64,000 nt of DNA from Longimicrobiales bacterium (GTDB lineage Bacteria; Gemmatimonadota; Gemmatimonadetes; Longimicrobiales; Gaopeijiaceae), in NCBI GenBank assembly GCA_965248195.1, contig CBDFIQ010000002.1:1824001-1888000 (forward strand). Reading direction: 5' to 3'. A model generated the notes under the pieces. It was not told the DNA's origin, did not search any database, and was given only the letters and a program-made list of their open reading frames with translations. The position numbers and the translations under genes were made by a program. Below, one piece after another: positions 49,424 through 60,351 of the stretch (positions are counted from its first letter, which is position 1; every line of letters begins with the position of its first letter).

Positions 49424-50932
49424 CTACGGTGCCAGACCGAGTAGCTCCGGGCCCACCGCGGAAAGCCCACTGACGCTCGACCGCGCCAAATCCATGGTGG
49501 CTCCGGGAAAAACGCCGAGATACACGATCAGGACCACTCCGGTAATCAAGGCCAGGCGCATGGCGACCGGTACATGGATCGGCTCGCCCGCGACACCGTT
49601 GGGCGCATCCGTCATCCACATGAACCACGCCACACGAAGGTAATACCAGTAAGAAGCTACGGTCGTGAGCACCAGGATGACCGAGAGGTAGACCATGTTG
49701 GCCTCCATCGCGCCCTGAAGGAGAAATACCTTCCCGATGAAGCCCGCGGTGCCGGGAAAACCGGCCAGAGAAAGTAGGAAAACCGTAAAGAGGACACCGA
49801 GTAGGGGGTGCCTCCAACCGAACCCTGCGTATTCCTGGATCTCGAGACGCTCCTCTCCTTGACCCGACACCAGAATGACGATGCCGAACGACCCGATATT
49901 CATGAACGTGTAGATCAGCAGATAGAACAGGAGCCCCGCAGCAGCCGTTTCATTCGCAGCGACGATCGCCACCATGAGATAACCCGCGTGAGCGATCCCC
50001 GAGTAGGCGAGCATCCGCTTTACGCTCATCTGAACTGTGGCGACGAGATTGGCGACCACCATCGTGAGGACGGCCAGCCACCAAAGAATCGCCCACCAAC
50101 TCTCATAGGCGCCCACGAAAGCCACTGAAAAGACGCGAAGGAAGGCCAAAAACGCGCCGGCTTTCACTGCCACGGACATGAAGGCCGTAACCGGAGTGGG
50201 TGCCCCCTCATAGACATCGGGCGTCCACATATGGAACGGAACCGCAGAGACCTTGAAGGAAAACCCAACCGCGAGAAGCGCAATGCCGAACACGAGAAGC
50301 GCGCCATGCGCGTCTCCGCTCGCAACAGAATCCGCGATGGCCGAAACATGCGTGCTGCCCGTTGCGCCGTAGACGAGCGCTATCCCGTAGAGAAAAAACC
50401 CGGTGGAGAAAGCGCCCAGCAAGAAGTACTTGAGTCCGGCCTCGGCCGATCGGGGATCCCTCCGGTTGATGGCGGCCATTACGTACACCGCGACAGACAT
50501 GATCTCCAAGCCGAGGAAGATGACGATGAGATCGCGAGCAGCGGCCATGATCATCAATCCCACGGTCGAATAGATCAGCAACCCGTAAAATTCCGCCGCC
50601 TGCAGGCCCTGCCGCTGAACGTAGCTCTGACTGATCAGGACTCCGAGCAGGGCGCCGGAGAGAATGATCCAGTTCGAGAACAACGCGAAGCGGTCCAGCG
50701 CGATCATCGAATGCGTTCCCACTTCTGTGACACTGTAAAGCCAAAAGTTCGCAAGCGCGGCCGCGAGGATCCCCAGCACGGTAAGCGATCCCAGGTCGGC
50801 GGATGTCCAGGGACCGCCGGAGCGGCGGGGACTGACACCGACGAGGAGGATTACCATCCCCCACACCGACAGGATGATCTCCGGTGCAAGCGCTACGATG
50901 AAATGGGCCTGATGACTGAAATCAAGTTCCAT
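49424..50932 (-). CDS. nuoN: NADH-quinone oxidoreductase subunit N
   Basis: EAGLKYF, FK....PFHMWTPDVYEGAP, KRMLAYS. Confidence 0.97.
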   Translation of the reverse strand: MELDFSHQAHFIVALAPEIILSVWGMVILLVGVSPRRSGGPWTSADLGSLTVLGILAAALANFWLYSVTEVGTHSMIALDRFALFSNWIILSGALLGVLISQSYVQRQGLQAAEFYGLLIYSTVGLMIMAAARDLIVIFLGLEIMSVAVYVMAAINRRDPRSAEAGLKYFLLGAFSTGFFLYGIALVYGATGSTHVSAIADSVASGDAHGALLVFGIALLAVGFSFKVSAVPFHMWTPDVYEGAPTPVTAFMSVAVKAGAFLAFLRVFSVAFVGAYESWWAILWWLAVLTMVVANLVATVQMSVKRMLAYSGIAHAGYLMVAIVAANETAAAGLLFYLLIYTFMNIGSFGIVILVSGQGEERLEIQEYAGFGWRHPLLGVLFTVFLLSLAGFPGTAGFIGKVFLLQGAMEANMVYLSVILVLTTVASYWYYLRVAWFMWMTDAPNGVAGEPIHVPVAMRLALITGVVLIVYLGVFPGATMDLARSSVSGLSAVGPELLGLAP

Positions 50933-50938
50933 GCCCGC

Positions 50939-52549
50939 CTACTCCACCGTTTCGGCGCCGGATGCGGTTCGGTCGAGGATCACGTCCGACGCATCGATCG
51001 CGACCGAATCTTCTCGACTGGACTCGATGAGGGCCGCCCCCGGCGGGGCCGCGGCGTACACGCGCTCGAGCACCATCTGGACGCTGGGCTCCATCCTTCG
51101 CAGCAGTGGTGTCGGATGCACGCCGATCACGATCATGAGAGCGATCATCGGCGCCAGAATGGTTATCTCGCGGCGGGACAGGTCTTGAACGGCTCGGTTC
51201 TCCGGTTTGTCCAGCGCGTTGAGGAAGACACTCTGCACCATCGGCAGCATGTAGTACGCGGCGAAGATGACCCCGCTTGCCGCGAAGATGGCCAGGCCTG
51301 GATGGAGCTCGAAGGTACCGAGGAGCGTGAGGAACTCCCCGACGAACCCGCTGGTGCCCGGCAACCCGATCGAGGCCAGTGCGGTGATCACGAACGCCGT
51401 GGCCAGCCAGGGTGCCACACGCCCGATACCACCGAAATCCTCGATCAGCCGGGTGTGGCGGCGCTCATACAGCATGCCCACAAGGAGAAAGAGGGCCCCC
51501 GTGGAGATCCCGTGGGAGATCATGACCAGCAACCCCCCTTGCAGTCCGTTCGGGTTGAGGGCGAATACGCCGATGACGACGAACCCCATGTGTGCCACGG
51601 AAGTGTACGCCACCAGCTTTTTCGCGTCGGGCTGAACGGCCGCCACCAATGACGCGTAGATGATACCCACGACACCCAGCGTGAGCATGAGCGTTACTAC
51701 GGTCGGATGTTGAGCGGCAACGGGAAAGAACGGCAACAGGAATCGCACGAACCCGTAGGTCCCCATCTTGAGCAGGACTGCCGCCAGCACGACGGACCCG
51801 GGCGTCGGTGCCTCTACGTGCGCGTCCGGCAGCCAAGTGTGGAACGGAAAAACGGGAACCTTGATGGCGAACGCCAATGCAAAAGCCCCGAACAACCACA
51901 TCTGCTCTGCCGGCGTCAGGGGAATCTGGAGTAGGTCCACGAAGGCGAAAGACGCCACGCCGAGCAGCGCCTTGCCCCGGGCGTATATGTATAGAATTCC
52001 TACGAGCATCAGGAGGGATCCGACCGCCGTGTAGAGGAAGAACTTGATCGCGGCATAGACCCTCCGCTCTCCTCCCCAGATTCCGATGATGAAGTACATC
52101 GGAACGAGCGTGAGCTCGAAGAACACGTAGAAAAGAAACAGGTCCACGGCCGAGAACACTCCCACGACCCCGACCTCGAGCAGAAGCATGAGGGCGTAGA
52201 ACGGCTTTTGTCGCTTCTTGATGTAGTTGAACGACCCCAGGATGGCGAGCGGGGTCGTGAAGGTGCTCAGCATGACCATGAACAAGCTGATCCCGTCGAG
52301 GCCGAGTGCGTAATTCACACCCCACGCGGCGATCCACGGCCAGCTGCTCGCGAGTTGATAACCCCCGCCCAGAGCCGGATCGTAGGCCCACCAAAGTCCC
52401 ACGCTCAGGACGAAGACCACGAGGCTCCAGCGCAGGGCAAGGACCTTGGCCCGATCTTCGGCAGCCCAGAGGACGTGGACCATCCCGACGAGCGGAAGCC
52501 AAATCAGTGCGTGAAGCACCCAGCTGTCGTATGCCAGTGCGTTCAACAT
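50939..52549 (-). CDS. nuoM: NADH-quinone oxidoreductase subunit M
   Basis: DGISLF, FHTWLPDAHVEAP, LKMGTYG, GLPGTSGFVGEF. Confidence 0.97.
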   Translation of the reverse strand: MLNALAYDSWVLHALIWLPLVGMVHVLWAAEDRAKVLALRWSLVVFVLSVGLWWAYDPALGGGYQLASSWPWIAAWGVNYALGLDGISLFMVMLSTFTTPLAILGSFNYIKKRQKPFYALMLLLEVGVVGVFSAVDLFLFYVFFELTLVPMYFIIGIWGGERRVYAAIKFFLYTAVGSLLMLVGILYIYARGKALLGVASFAFVDLLQIPLTPAEQMWLFGAFALAFAIKVPVFPFHTWLPDAHVEAPTPGSVVLAAVLLKMGTYGFVRFLLPFFPVAAQHPTVVTLMLTLGVVGIIYASLVAAVQPDAKKLVAYTSVAHMGFVVIGVFALNPNGLQGGLLVMISHGISTGALFLLVGMLYERRHTRLIEDFGGIGRVAPWLATAFVITALASIGLPGTSGFVGEFLTLLGTFELHPGLAIFAASGVIFAAYYMLPMVQSVFLNALDKPENRAVQDLSRREITILAPMIALMIVIGVHPTPLLRRMEPSVQMVLERVYAAAPPGAALIESSREDSVAIDASDVILDRTASGAETVE

Positions 52550-54727
52550 TTAGAGCACGATCATCGAGAGTATGGCCAGCACACCCACGGTCAGGATAAA
52601 CGCGTAGGTGTTCACCTGACCCGTCTGGAACAGGCTGGCCACCCACCCCAATGCTCGAGTCCCGTTGCCCACCAGATTGACGGTCCCGTCGATGATCGTG
52701 GCATCCACGACCCGCCACAGGACTCGCGAGGTCGTCAGGACGGGATCCACCACCCACCGGTGGTAGAACTCGTCTACGTACCACTTGTTGAGGAGAATGC
52801 GGGAGAGGCCCGTCGGCTCCGCATCCTCGGCCGCCACCGGCACTGTTTTGCTCCCGAGGAGCCAAAAGGTGGCCAAGACCACAGCCAGGGCCGCGAGGAA
52901 CGAGATGAGCCCCCACACCCACTCTCCGCCCCCGAGGAGGGGGGCGGCCTGCGCGAGCTCGCCCAGGTTGGTTTCCTGTACGCGGTGGGCGGCTTCGGTG
53001 ACGGGCTCGAGCCAGTCGTGGAGCCACTCGCCCATCGGAAGCCTGCCAAATCCCCCCAGTATGGACTCTCGTAGATCCGTCGACACGTTGATCCATCCTC
53101 CGAAGGCGGACAGCGCCGCCAGGATGACGAGAGGAATCCACATCGTCCTCGGGGCTTCGCGGAGATGCTGGGCCTCCGCCGATCCGGTTCGGTTCTCGCC
53201 GTGGAACGTCATGACCATCAGTCGCGCCATGTAGAACGCGGTCAGCATGGCCGCGACCAGCGCAAGGATCCAGTAGACCGTGTAGAAGCCCGCGTACGGC
53301 GCGTTCTCTGCGCCCGCCATGGCACCCGTCATCCAGATGATTTCGTCCTTCGAGAAGAAGCCCGCGAAGGGCCAGATCCCTGCGATCGTCAATGTGGCGA
53401 GCCACATGGTGGCATACGTGATCGGCATGTACGCCTTGAGTCCACCCATATTACGCATGTCCTGGGCGTCCCAATCCTTGTTCGTGTGATGCAGCGCGTG
53501 GTGCATGGAGTGGATGACGGCCCCCGCGCCCAGAAACAGGAGCGCCTTGAAGAAGGCGTGCGTCATGAGATGGAAGATGCCCGCCGTGTACGCCCCCACG
53601 CCGACACCCAAGAACATGTAGCCCAACTGGGAGATCGTGGAATAGGCCAAAACCTTCTTGATGTCGTTCTGCTTCAAGGCGATCGTCGCGGCGAAGAGCG
53701 CCGTAAGTACACCGATCCCGGCCACCATGGCGCTGCTCAGCGGTGCGAGTGCGAACAACACGGAGGACCGCGCCACGAGGTAGACCCCGGCGGTCACCAT
53801 GGTGGCCGCATGGATGAGGGCGGACACCGGCGTCGGACCCGCCATGGCATCGGGCAGCCAAATGTAGAGCGGGATTTGGGCGCTCTTACCCGTTGCAGCC
53901 ATGAGAAAAAACAGTGTCACCATGGTGACCACCGGGTCGCCGTACGTGAAGACGGCCTCGGCCTGGCCAAAGATGCCGGCGAAGTCCACCCGGTCGAAAA
54001 TGATGTACAACCAGAAGATCGCGACCAGGAAGCCCAGGTCACCGATCCTGTTCACGATGAACGCCTTCTTCCCGGCGGAAGCCTTAGCCTCGTCGCTGAA
54101 CCAGAATCCGATCAGGAGATACGAGCAGAGCCCCACACCCTCCCAGCCGATGAACATGATCGGATAGTTGGCTCCCATCACCAACACCAGCATGAAGAAA
54201 ATGAACAGGTTCAGGTATGCGAAGTACCTGGGGTAACCCGGATCATCCCGCATGTACCCGACGCTGAACACGTGGATCAGCAACCCCACTCCGGTGATGA
54301 TCATCATCATGATCATCGAGAGCTGGTCGAGCTGGATGGCGGCCGCCACGTCCAGTCGATCTCCGGAAAAATCTTCACCCGTGGTGATCCACGACCAATA
54401 GCTACGGATCACAGGCTCGTGCAGCTCGGCACCCAACATCCCGATGAAGTTCACCAGGGTGAGCAGGAACGCGAGGAGCATGACCCCAGGGCCCACCCAC
54501 GTGGGTAGGCTGTGGGTGGCTGGCCGGCCGTTCTCGAAGAAGTCGAATTCCCCTCCGGCCCGGACCGCATTCGCGGATTTCCGGGCCGCGGACAACGCGA
54601 GGGCCCCGTTGAAGGCGAAGCCCAATAGAGGCAACACGATGATGAGCCACGGAAGGACGGGTTCCCACGCGGCGGTCGACTCCCCGAGCCCGGCGGCCTG
54701 CATCGGGAAGAGACCGAAATGCCTCAC
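52550..54727 (-). CDS. nuoL: NADH-quinone oxidoreductase subunit L
   Basis: GKSAQIPL..WLPDAMAGPTPVSALIHAATMV, KKVLAYST; start uncertain. Confidence 0.97.
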   Translation of the reverse strand: MRHFGLFPMQAAGLGESTAAWEPVLPWLIIVLPLLGFAFNGALALSAARKSANAVRAGGEFDFFENGRPATHSLPTWVGPGVMLLAFLLTLVNFIGMLGAELHEPVIRSYWSWITTGEDFSGDRLDVAAAIQLDQLSMIMMMIITGVGLLIHVFSVGYMRDDPGYPRYFAYLNLFIFFMLVLVMGANYPIMFIGWEGVGLCSYLLIGFWFSDEAKASAGKKAFIVNRIGDLGFLVAIFWLYIIFDRVDFAGIFGQAEAVFTYGDPVVTMVTLFFLMAATGKSAQIPLYIWLPDAMAGPTPVSALIHAATMVTAGVYLVARSSVLFALAPLSSAMVAGIGVLTALFAATIALKQNDIKKVLAYSTISQLGYMFLGVGVGAYTAGIFHLMTHAFFKALLFLGAGAVIHSMHHALHHTNKDWDAQDMRNMGGLKAYMPITYATMWLATLTIAGIWPFAGFFSKDEIIWMTGAMAGAENAPYAGFYTVYWILALVAAMLTAFYMARLMVMTFHGENRTGSAEAQHLREAPRTMWIPLVILAALSAFGGWINVSTDLRESILGGFGRLPMGEWLHDWLEPVTEAAHRVQETNLGELAQAAPLLGGGEWVWGLISFLAALAVVLATFWLLGSKTVPVAAEDAEPTGLSRILLNKWYVDEFYHRWVVDPVLTTSRVLWRVVDATIIDGTVNLVGNGTRALGWVASLFQTGQVNTYAFILTVGVLAILSMIVL

Positions 54728-54731
54728 GAGC

Positions 54732-55025
54732 TCACCACTTGAGGAGGTTGAAGCTGTCCACGTTCACCGTCTCGTAGTGCCGGAATATCGAGATGATGAT
54801 CGCCAAACCGACCGCCGCTTCCGCCGCCGCGACCGCAATGACGAAAAACACGAAGATCTGACCCTCGATGCCCACATACCTCGAGAACGCAACGAACGTG
54901 AGGTTCACCGCATTGAGCTGGAGCTCGATGCAAAGAAACATGATGATCACGTTTCGGCGCACGATCACACCCAGGGTTCCGAGCACGAAGATCATGCCGG
55001 CCAGCACGAGAGACTCGGCCAGCAC
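54732..55025 (-). CDS. nuoK: NADH-quinone oxidoreductase subunit K
   Basis: RRN....[18 protein letters not shown]. Confidence 0.97.
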   Translation of the reverse strand: MLAESLVLAGMIFVLGTLGVIVRRNVIIMFLCIELQLNAVNLTFVAFSRYVGIEGQIFVFFVIAVAAAEAAVGLAIIISIFRHYETVNVDSFNLLKW

Positions 55026-55027
55026 CG

Positions 55028-55549
55028 TCAGGACGCCTTCTTGGCTAGGACGAGCGCGCCAACGATGGCCACGAGAAGCAGGATCCCCGTCAGCTCGAAC
55101 GCAACCACGTAGTCCGTGAAGAGCGGCCTCGCGATCGCCCCCACGGCCCCGTGTTCAAGTAACGCCGCGTCGATCGCGTCACCCGGGCCGAGATCGGTCG
55201 CGAGACCGGCCGTACCGCTCCCCAGCTGCCAAGCCAGCAGGCCACCCATGCCACCCGTCACCGCAAATCCGATGATCATCGCGACGTTGCCCCGGATGTC
55301 CCGCTGGTACTCGTGTCCCAGGTTGAGCAGCATGATCACGAACAAGAAGAGCACCATGATCGCGCCGGCATACACCATGATCTGGACCGCCGCGAGGAAG
55401 TGAGCCTCCAGAAGGACGAAAATCCCCGCCGTGCTGGCCAAGGTCGTCACCATGAACAGCAGGCTCGCCACCGGACTGGGGCTCACGACCACCCCCACCG
55501 CGCCACCGACTGCGACCGCGGCAAACATGAAGAAGAGAACTTCAGTCAC
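55028..55549 (-). CDS. nuoJ: NADH-quinone oxidoreductase subunit J
   Basis: [22 protein letters not shown]...LLLVAIVGA. Confidence 0.97.
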   Translation of the reverse strand: MTEVLFFMFAAVAVGGAVGVVVSPSPVASLLFMVTTLASTAGIFVLLEAHFLAAVQIMVYAGAIMVLFLFVIMLLNLGHEYQRDIRGNVAMIIGFAVTGGMGGLLAWQLGSGTAGLATDLGPGDAIDAALLEHGAVGAIARPLFTDYVVAFELTGILLLVAIVGALVLAKKAS

Positions 55550-55556
55550 GCGCCCT

Positions 55557-56057
55557 TCACTCGCCAGCCGGGTCCGCTGGATCCCATAACAACGTCGACG
55601 GATGGTCTTGTTGCATCAGCCGATCCAGGTCGTAAACGAAGCGGTCCCGCGTGTATTCTGCGTTTTCGAAGTCACGGCCCACGTGAATGGCCTCGACCGG
55701 ACACACCTCCTGACACATACCACAGAAAATGCACCGGAACTCGTCGATCTCGTAGACGATAGGGTATCGGTTGCCCTGGTCGTCTTCCCCACCGACGAGA
55801 CGGATGCAGTTGGCCGGGCACACCGTCGGGCACAGACCGCACGCAACACACTTGGGCCGCCCGTCCGCATGAACCTCCATGACGTGCGTGCCACGCCACC
55901 GGGGGCTCAGTTCGGTCTGCTCCTCCGGGTACTGCTGTGTCACCGTCTTTGGGGTCAACATGTGGCGGAGCGTCAGGGCCATACCCTTGAACGCGGCCCG
56001 CAAGTAGGAGGTCCGCCCCGGATCCGGCCTCTGGATGAGTCGTGTGGTTATAGTCAT
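55557..56057 (-). CDS. nuoI: NADH-quinone oxidoreductase subunit I
   Basis: CVACGLC...CP and CIFCGMC...CP 4Fe-4S motifs. Confidence 0.97.
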   Translation of the reverse strand: MTITTRLIQRPDPGRTSYLRAAFKGMALTLRHMLTPKTVTQQYPEEQTELSPRWRGTHVMEVHADGRPKCVACGLCPTVCPANCIRLVGGEDDQGNRYPIVYEIDEFRCIFCGMCQEVCPVEAIHVGRDFENAEYTRDRFVYDLDRLMQQDHPSTLLWDPADPAGE

Positions 56058-56102
56058 CTCATTATTCCATAATATCTTATGTCTATTTGTCTAATATTGT
56101 TT

Positions 56103-57401
56103 CTAATCACTAGCCGCTACCCCTTCCGCCACCATCACTCCCCGGCTACCCGCCACAGGCCCCCGCGCGACGGCTCCATGTTTCGCCGCCGCACCCTCGA
56201 TGATTCGGCCACGATCGAGGAGGAAGACGAACGCCACCGTACAGATCGCGCTGACGCCTGTGAGCGCCAGCCCGTGAGCAAATCCGGAAACGCCGAACTG
56301 GTCCAAGACCAGTATCGTCGTGGAAACGACCATGATGTACGCCAACGCAGTAGGCAGCATGATCTTCCACCCCAGCTGCATCACCTGATCGTAGCGGAAA
56401 CGTGGCACCGTCCAACGAATCCAGATGTAGAGGAGCAGGAAGAACCCTGTTTTTACGGCAAAGCCGGCGAAGGTCAACAAGGTCTTCCAAACGGCCGGAG
56501 CGGCGGCGATGGGGGCACCCGACGTATCGAAGCCCCGAATCAGTTCGCCCTGGTACCAGAAGGCATCGTCCCACGAACCGGGCAGGTCCCACCCGCCGAA
56601 GAAGAGTGTAGCCATGAGCGCCGCCGCCGTCAGCATGTGCGCGTATTCTGCGATGAAGAACATGGAAAACTTCATCGCGGAGTATTCGGTGTGGAAGCCG
56701 GTGATGAGCTCCGACTCTGCCTCGGGCATGTCGAACGGCAACCGGTTCGTCTCCGCGAACGCCGACACCACGAACAGGATGAACCCCAACGACAGCGGAA
56801 ACGCGAACCAGAGCCCCAACTGCTGTTGTTGCCATACGATCTCGGTGAGCGTGACGTTGCCGGCCATCATGAGCACCACAATCAGGCTCAGGCCGAGGGC
56901 TACCTCGTAGCTGACCATCTGCGCGGAAGCCCGCAGGGCCCCGAGGAACGCATATTTATTGTTGGACGCCCATCCCCCGATCACGATCCCATACACGCCC
57001 AGGGAGCTGACCGCGAGAATGTACAAGACACCGATCGGCACGTCGGCGATGATCATGTCGACGACCCCCCACGGCGTGGGAAGCGGCGCCGCGAAGGGCA
57101 CCACCGCGAACGCAACGAGCGCGGGACCCATCGCCAGCATCGGCCCGAGCATGAAGTAGAACTTCGAGGCCGTTCCGGGGAGCGCTTCTTCCTTCACGAG
57201 ATTCTTGAGGCCATCGGCGATCGGCTGAAGCATCCCGAACGGACCGACGCGATTGGGGCCAAGCCGGTCCTGGATGAACGCGGAAATCCGCCGCTCGGCG
57301 AGCGTCGTGTAGGCCACCGTCAGCATCACCACGCCGAACATGACGGCGATCTTGAGCGAGGAGGCCAGGAGGAGGGGCAGACCTGCAATCGGAGTATTCA
57401 C
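56103..57401 (-). CDS. nuoH: NADH-quinone oxidoreductase subunit H
   Basis: Q.RLGPNRVG, AETNRLPFD.PEAE.EL, PRFRYDQ. Confidence 0.97.
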   Translation of the reverse strand: MNTPIAGLPLLLASSLKIAVMFGVVMLTVAYTTLAERRISAFIQDRLGPNRVGPFGMLQPIADGLKNLVKEEALPGTASKFYFMLGPMLAMGPALVAFAVVPFAAPLPTPWGVVDMIIADVPIGVLYILAVSSLGVYGIVIGGWASNNKYAFLGALRASAQMVSYEVALGLSLIVVLMMAGNVTLTEIVWQQQQLGLWFAFPLSLGFILFVVSAFAETNRLPFDMPEAESELITGFHTEYSAMKFSMFFIAEYAHMLTAAALMATLFFGGWDLPGSWDDAFWYQGELIRGFDTSGAPIAAAPAVWKTLLTFAGFAVKTGFFLLLYIWIRWTVPRFRYDQVMQLGWKIMLPTALAYIMVVSTTILVLDQFGVSGFAHGLALTGVSAICTVAFVFLLDRGRIIEGAAAKHGAVARGPVAGSRGVMVAEGVAASD

Positions 57402-57402
57402 G

Positions 57403-59052
57403 TCAGTCCCCAGGCCCAGTCACAGTCACGAGTGCCCCGGACGGCCCACCCTCCGAGCCGATCGACTCGTAATCCAGCCCCTTATAGGACTCCACTGCGT
57501 CGGCCACGAGACCGAAGGCCTCTTCCGCCCTGCTCGGCCCCTCCTCATCCCGGAGCGCGCCCAACAGCGCCCCGAGCACCAACCAAGCTGGGCGTGCCGC
57601 CCCGGGGCCCGACAACGCGGGCCAAAACCGTTGAACCCGTCCCGCATGGTTCGTGAACGTCCCCTCCTGTTCCGCGAAGGTAGTAACCGGAAACTGGAAG
57701 TCCGCCGAGACGAGGGCCAACGACGTGTATGCTCCCAAATAAACCACCAGTGAGGCGTTGGGTGCGAAGACCTCGGGCTGATCGTCGAGTGCGTCCCCGA
57801 GGACCAGGACCACACCGTCGTGGTCCGCCAAGTCGTCCAACCCCCCCTGCCCCGCGTTGTTGCCGACCCGGACGCATCCGAGTAGTTCCGCACCGCGCTC
57901 ATTGGGCGCCAAGCCCTTCCGGCGGGCCAGTCCCTCGTACCCTTTCAGCGCGATCTCTTCATCAGCCCGTGGAGAGCGGAAAACGAGGTCGCCGCCGCCA
58001 AGAGTTTTGACCAGCCGTGACACCGCGCCCAGATCCTCGTTCGACCAGAAGGGCGACACGACCGCTTTCACCGAAGTCTTGACCAGGTTGTCGATCCGTT
58101 CTTTCAGCGCGTCGAGCGCCGCGGTCCAGCCCATCGCCTTGTTACGGCTCTCAATGAGCATGACCGGTGCCTCCAGCCGGTCGCCCCTGTTGAGCCACTC
58201 GTAGCGGCCGCGTCCGTAGTCGCAGATCCAGTGCCCGTTCACCTCCAGGTTGGCTCGGGGCTTCATGCGGTGTACCAGGTTGTCCCGAGTGTGCAGCTCG
58301 ATGTTGCACCCCTGGCTGCAATTCGGGCAAATCGAGGGCGTGTGCTCGAGGTCCCACGCTCGGGCCTTGTGGAGGAAATCTTTTGACACGAGCGCGCCCA
58401 CCGGGCAGATATCCACCACGTTTCCGGCCCACTCGGCCTGGTCCAACCCCTCCTGGAAAAACGTATCGATCACCGACCGGTTACCACGTTCGACCACCGT
58501 GAGCAGCGGATTTTCCTCGACCTCGTCCATGAAACGCACGCACCGCGTGCACATCACACAGCGATCCCCGTAGAAGAGGACGTCCCCTCCGAAATCGTCG
58601 CGCCCCAGCACACGCTTGGCGTCGCGCCCCCGACCGTGCTCCCGGCCCTCGGCGAACACGTAGTCCTGGAGATCGCACTCCCCCGACTGGTCACAGATGG
58701 GGCAGTCGAGAGGGTGGTTCAATAGGTAGAACTCCAGCACGCCGCGCCGCATCCGCTTGGCGTTGTCACTCTGCGTGCGGACCACCTGCCCGTCAGCCAC
58801 GACGGTCGTGCACGACGCAAGAAGCTTGGGCGCGCCCTCCACCTCGACCAGACAGAGCCGGCACATGGCCGGGGACGAAAGACCTGGGTGATAGCAGTAG
58901 TGCGGCACCTCGGTGCCGGCGCCCTGTGCCGCCTGGAGCAGCGTCGTCCCCTGGGGCACTGTGACCTCTTGCCCGTCTATCGTAAGCGTCACCACCTCGA
59001 CGTTGGAGCCGTCGAGGCTGGCGCCATCGACCTCGGTGGTCTTCTTGGCCAT
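57403..59052 (-). CDS. nuoG: NADH-quinone oxidoreductase subunit G (short form)
   Basis: CYHP, CRLCLVE, NHPLDCPICD..GEC, CVMCTRC, CPNCSQGC. Confidence 0.93.
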   Translation of the reverse strand: MAKKTTEVDGASLDGSNVEVVTLTIDGQEVTVPQGTTLLQAAQGAGTEVPHYCYHPGLSSPAMCRLCLVEVEGAPKLLASCTTVVADGQVVRTQSDNAKRMRRGVLEFYLLNHPLDCPICDQSGECDLQDYVFAEGREHGRGRDAKRVLGRDDFGGDVLFYGDRCVMCTRCVRFMDEVEENPLLTVVERGNRSVIDTFFQEGLDQAEWAGNVVDICPVGALVSKDFLHKARAWDLEHTPSICPNCSQGCNIELHTRDNLVHRMKPRANLEVNGHWICDYGRGRYEWLNRGDRLEAPVMLIESRNKAMGWTAALDALKERIDNLVKTSVKAVVSPFWSNEDLGAVSRLVKTLGGGDLVFRSPRADEEIALKGYEGLARRKGLAPNERGAELLGCVRVGNNAGQGGLDDLADHDGVVLVLGDALDDQPEVFAPNASLVVYLGAYTSLALVSADFQFPVTTFAEQEGTFTNHAGRVQRFWPALSGPGAARPAWLVLGALLGALRDEEGPSRAEEAFGLVADAVESYKGLDYESIGSEGGPSGALVTVTGPGD

Positions 59053-59056
59053 CGCG

Positions 59057-60349
59057 CTACGCGGCCCCCACTCGTTCGCCACGGCGGATCAACGCCAGGT
59101 ATTCGTCTCTGAATTTCTCGATGGAGGACTCCACGGGAGCGGCCACCGAATCCGAAAGCACGCAGATGGTCGTGCCAGTCATCTGCTGGCTGAGCTCGAT
59201 CAGCGTGTCGAGGTCATCCTCGGTCCCGCGTCCGTCCGTGATGCGTTTGAGGATCGTCGTGACCCAGGCGGTGCCCTCCCGGCACGGCGTGCACTGGCCG
59301 CACGACTCGTGGGCGTAGAACGCCGCCATGCGCATGACCTGGTGCACGATGTCCGTGCTCTCGTCCATTACGATCACGGATGCACACCCCAGCATCGATC
59401 CGGCCTCGACCACCCCTTCATAGGAGAGCGAGCAGCCCTCGGCCTCTTCGGCGGACAGAAGCGGAACGGAGCTGCCACCGGGGATGACCGCCTTCAGCGC
59501 CCCATCCCCAATCATGCCGCCACACACGTCGTAGATGAGTTCCTTGAGCGGAAAGCCGAGCGGAAGCTCGTAGTTACCCGGGCGCTTCACATGCCCGCTC
59601 ACGCAGAACAACTTGGTACCGGGACTCTTCTCCGAGCCCCACTGCCGATACCACTCTGCGCCGTTCCCGACGATGTGCGGGATCGCGGCAAGAGTCTCTA
59701 CGTTGTTGATCGTTGTCGGCATCCCGAAGACGCCTACGGCGGCCGGGAATGGTGGCTTCACACGTGGCTCGCCGCGACGTCCCTCGAGAGAGTTCATGAG
59801 GCCGGTCTCTTCACCGCAGATGTAGGCACCCGCACCCGCAAAGACCGTCACATCGATTTTCTGCCCGGAGCCGAGGACATCGTCGCCGAGAAAGCCGGCC
59901 TCATACGCGTCCTCGACCGCCTTCGCCAACACCTCCGTGGCTTCGAAGAACTCGCCTCGGCAGTAGATGTACACGTGCTCGGCGCCCATCGCATAGGCAC
60001 CGATGACGCATCCCTCGATGAGCTGATGCGGCACCCAGCGCAGAAGCTCACGGTCCTTGAACGTGCCGGGCTCGGATTCGTCGGCGTTACAGAGCAGGTA
60101 ATGCGGCTTGGCCCTATCCTTGGGCATGAAGCTCCACTTGAGCCCGGTTGGAAAACCGGCTCCCCCCCGGCCGCGCAGCCCCGACGCCTTGACGATCTCG
60201 ACCACATCCTCGGGACCCATGTCCAAAGCCTTCTTCAGCGCCTCGTAGCCTCCACGGTCCTGCCAACCCTTCAGCGTCCGTGCTTCAGGGTCGCCGAAGT
60301 ACTTGGAAATAATCTGGACTTCCTTGTCGTGGCTGTACGGGTACCCCAT
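59057..60349 (-). CDS. nuoF: NADH-quinone oxidoreductase subunit F
   Basis: GRGGAGFPTG, NADESEPG, YICGEET, ESCGQCTPCREG. Confidence 0.97.
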   Translation of the reverse strand: MGYPYSHDKEVQIISKYFGDPEARTLKGWQDRGGYEALKKALDMGPEDVVEIVKASGLRGRGGAGFPTGLKWSFMPKDRAKPHYLLCNADESEPGTFKDRELLRWVPHQLIEGCVIGAYAMGAEHVYIYCRGEFFEATEVLAKAVEDAYEAGFLGDDVLGSGQKIDVTVFAGAGAYICGEETGLMNSLEGRRGEPRVKPPFPAAVGVFGMPTTINNVETLAAIPHIVGNGAEWYRQWGSEKSPGTKLFCVSGHVKRPGNYELPLGFPLKELIYDVCGGMIGDGALKAVIPGGSSVPLLSAEEAEGCSLSYEGVVEAGSMLGCASVIVMDESTDIVHQVMRMAAFYAHESCGQCTPCREGTAWVTTILKRITDGRGTEDDLDTLIELSQQMTGTTICVLSDSVAAPVESSIEKFRDEYLALIRRGERVGAA

Positions 60350-60351
60350 GG

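Noticed and set aside
56061..56090. Second dif site between nuoH and nuoI
   Set aside because: The spacer between ATAA and TTATG is 4 bp rather than 6, and the outer arm bases do not match.
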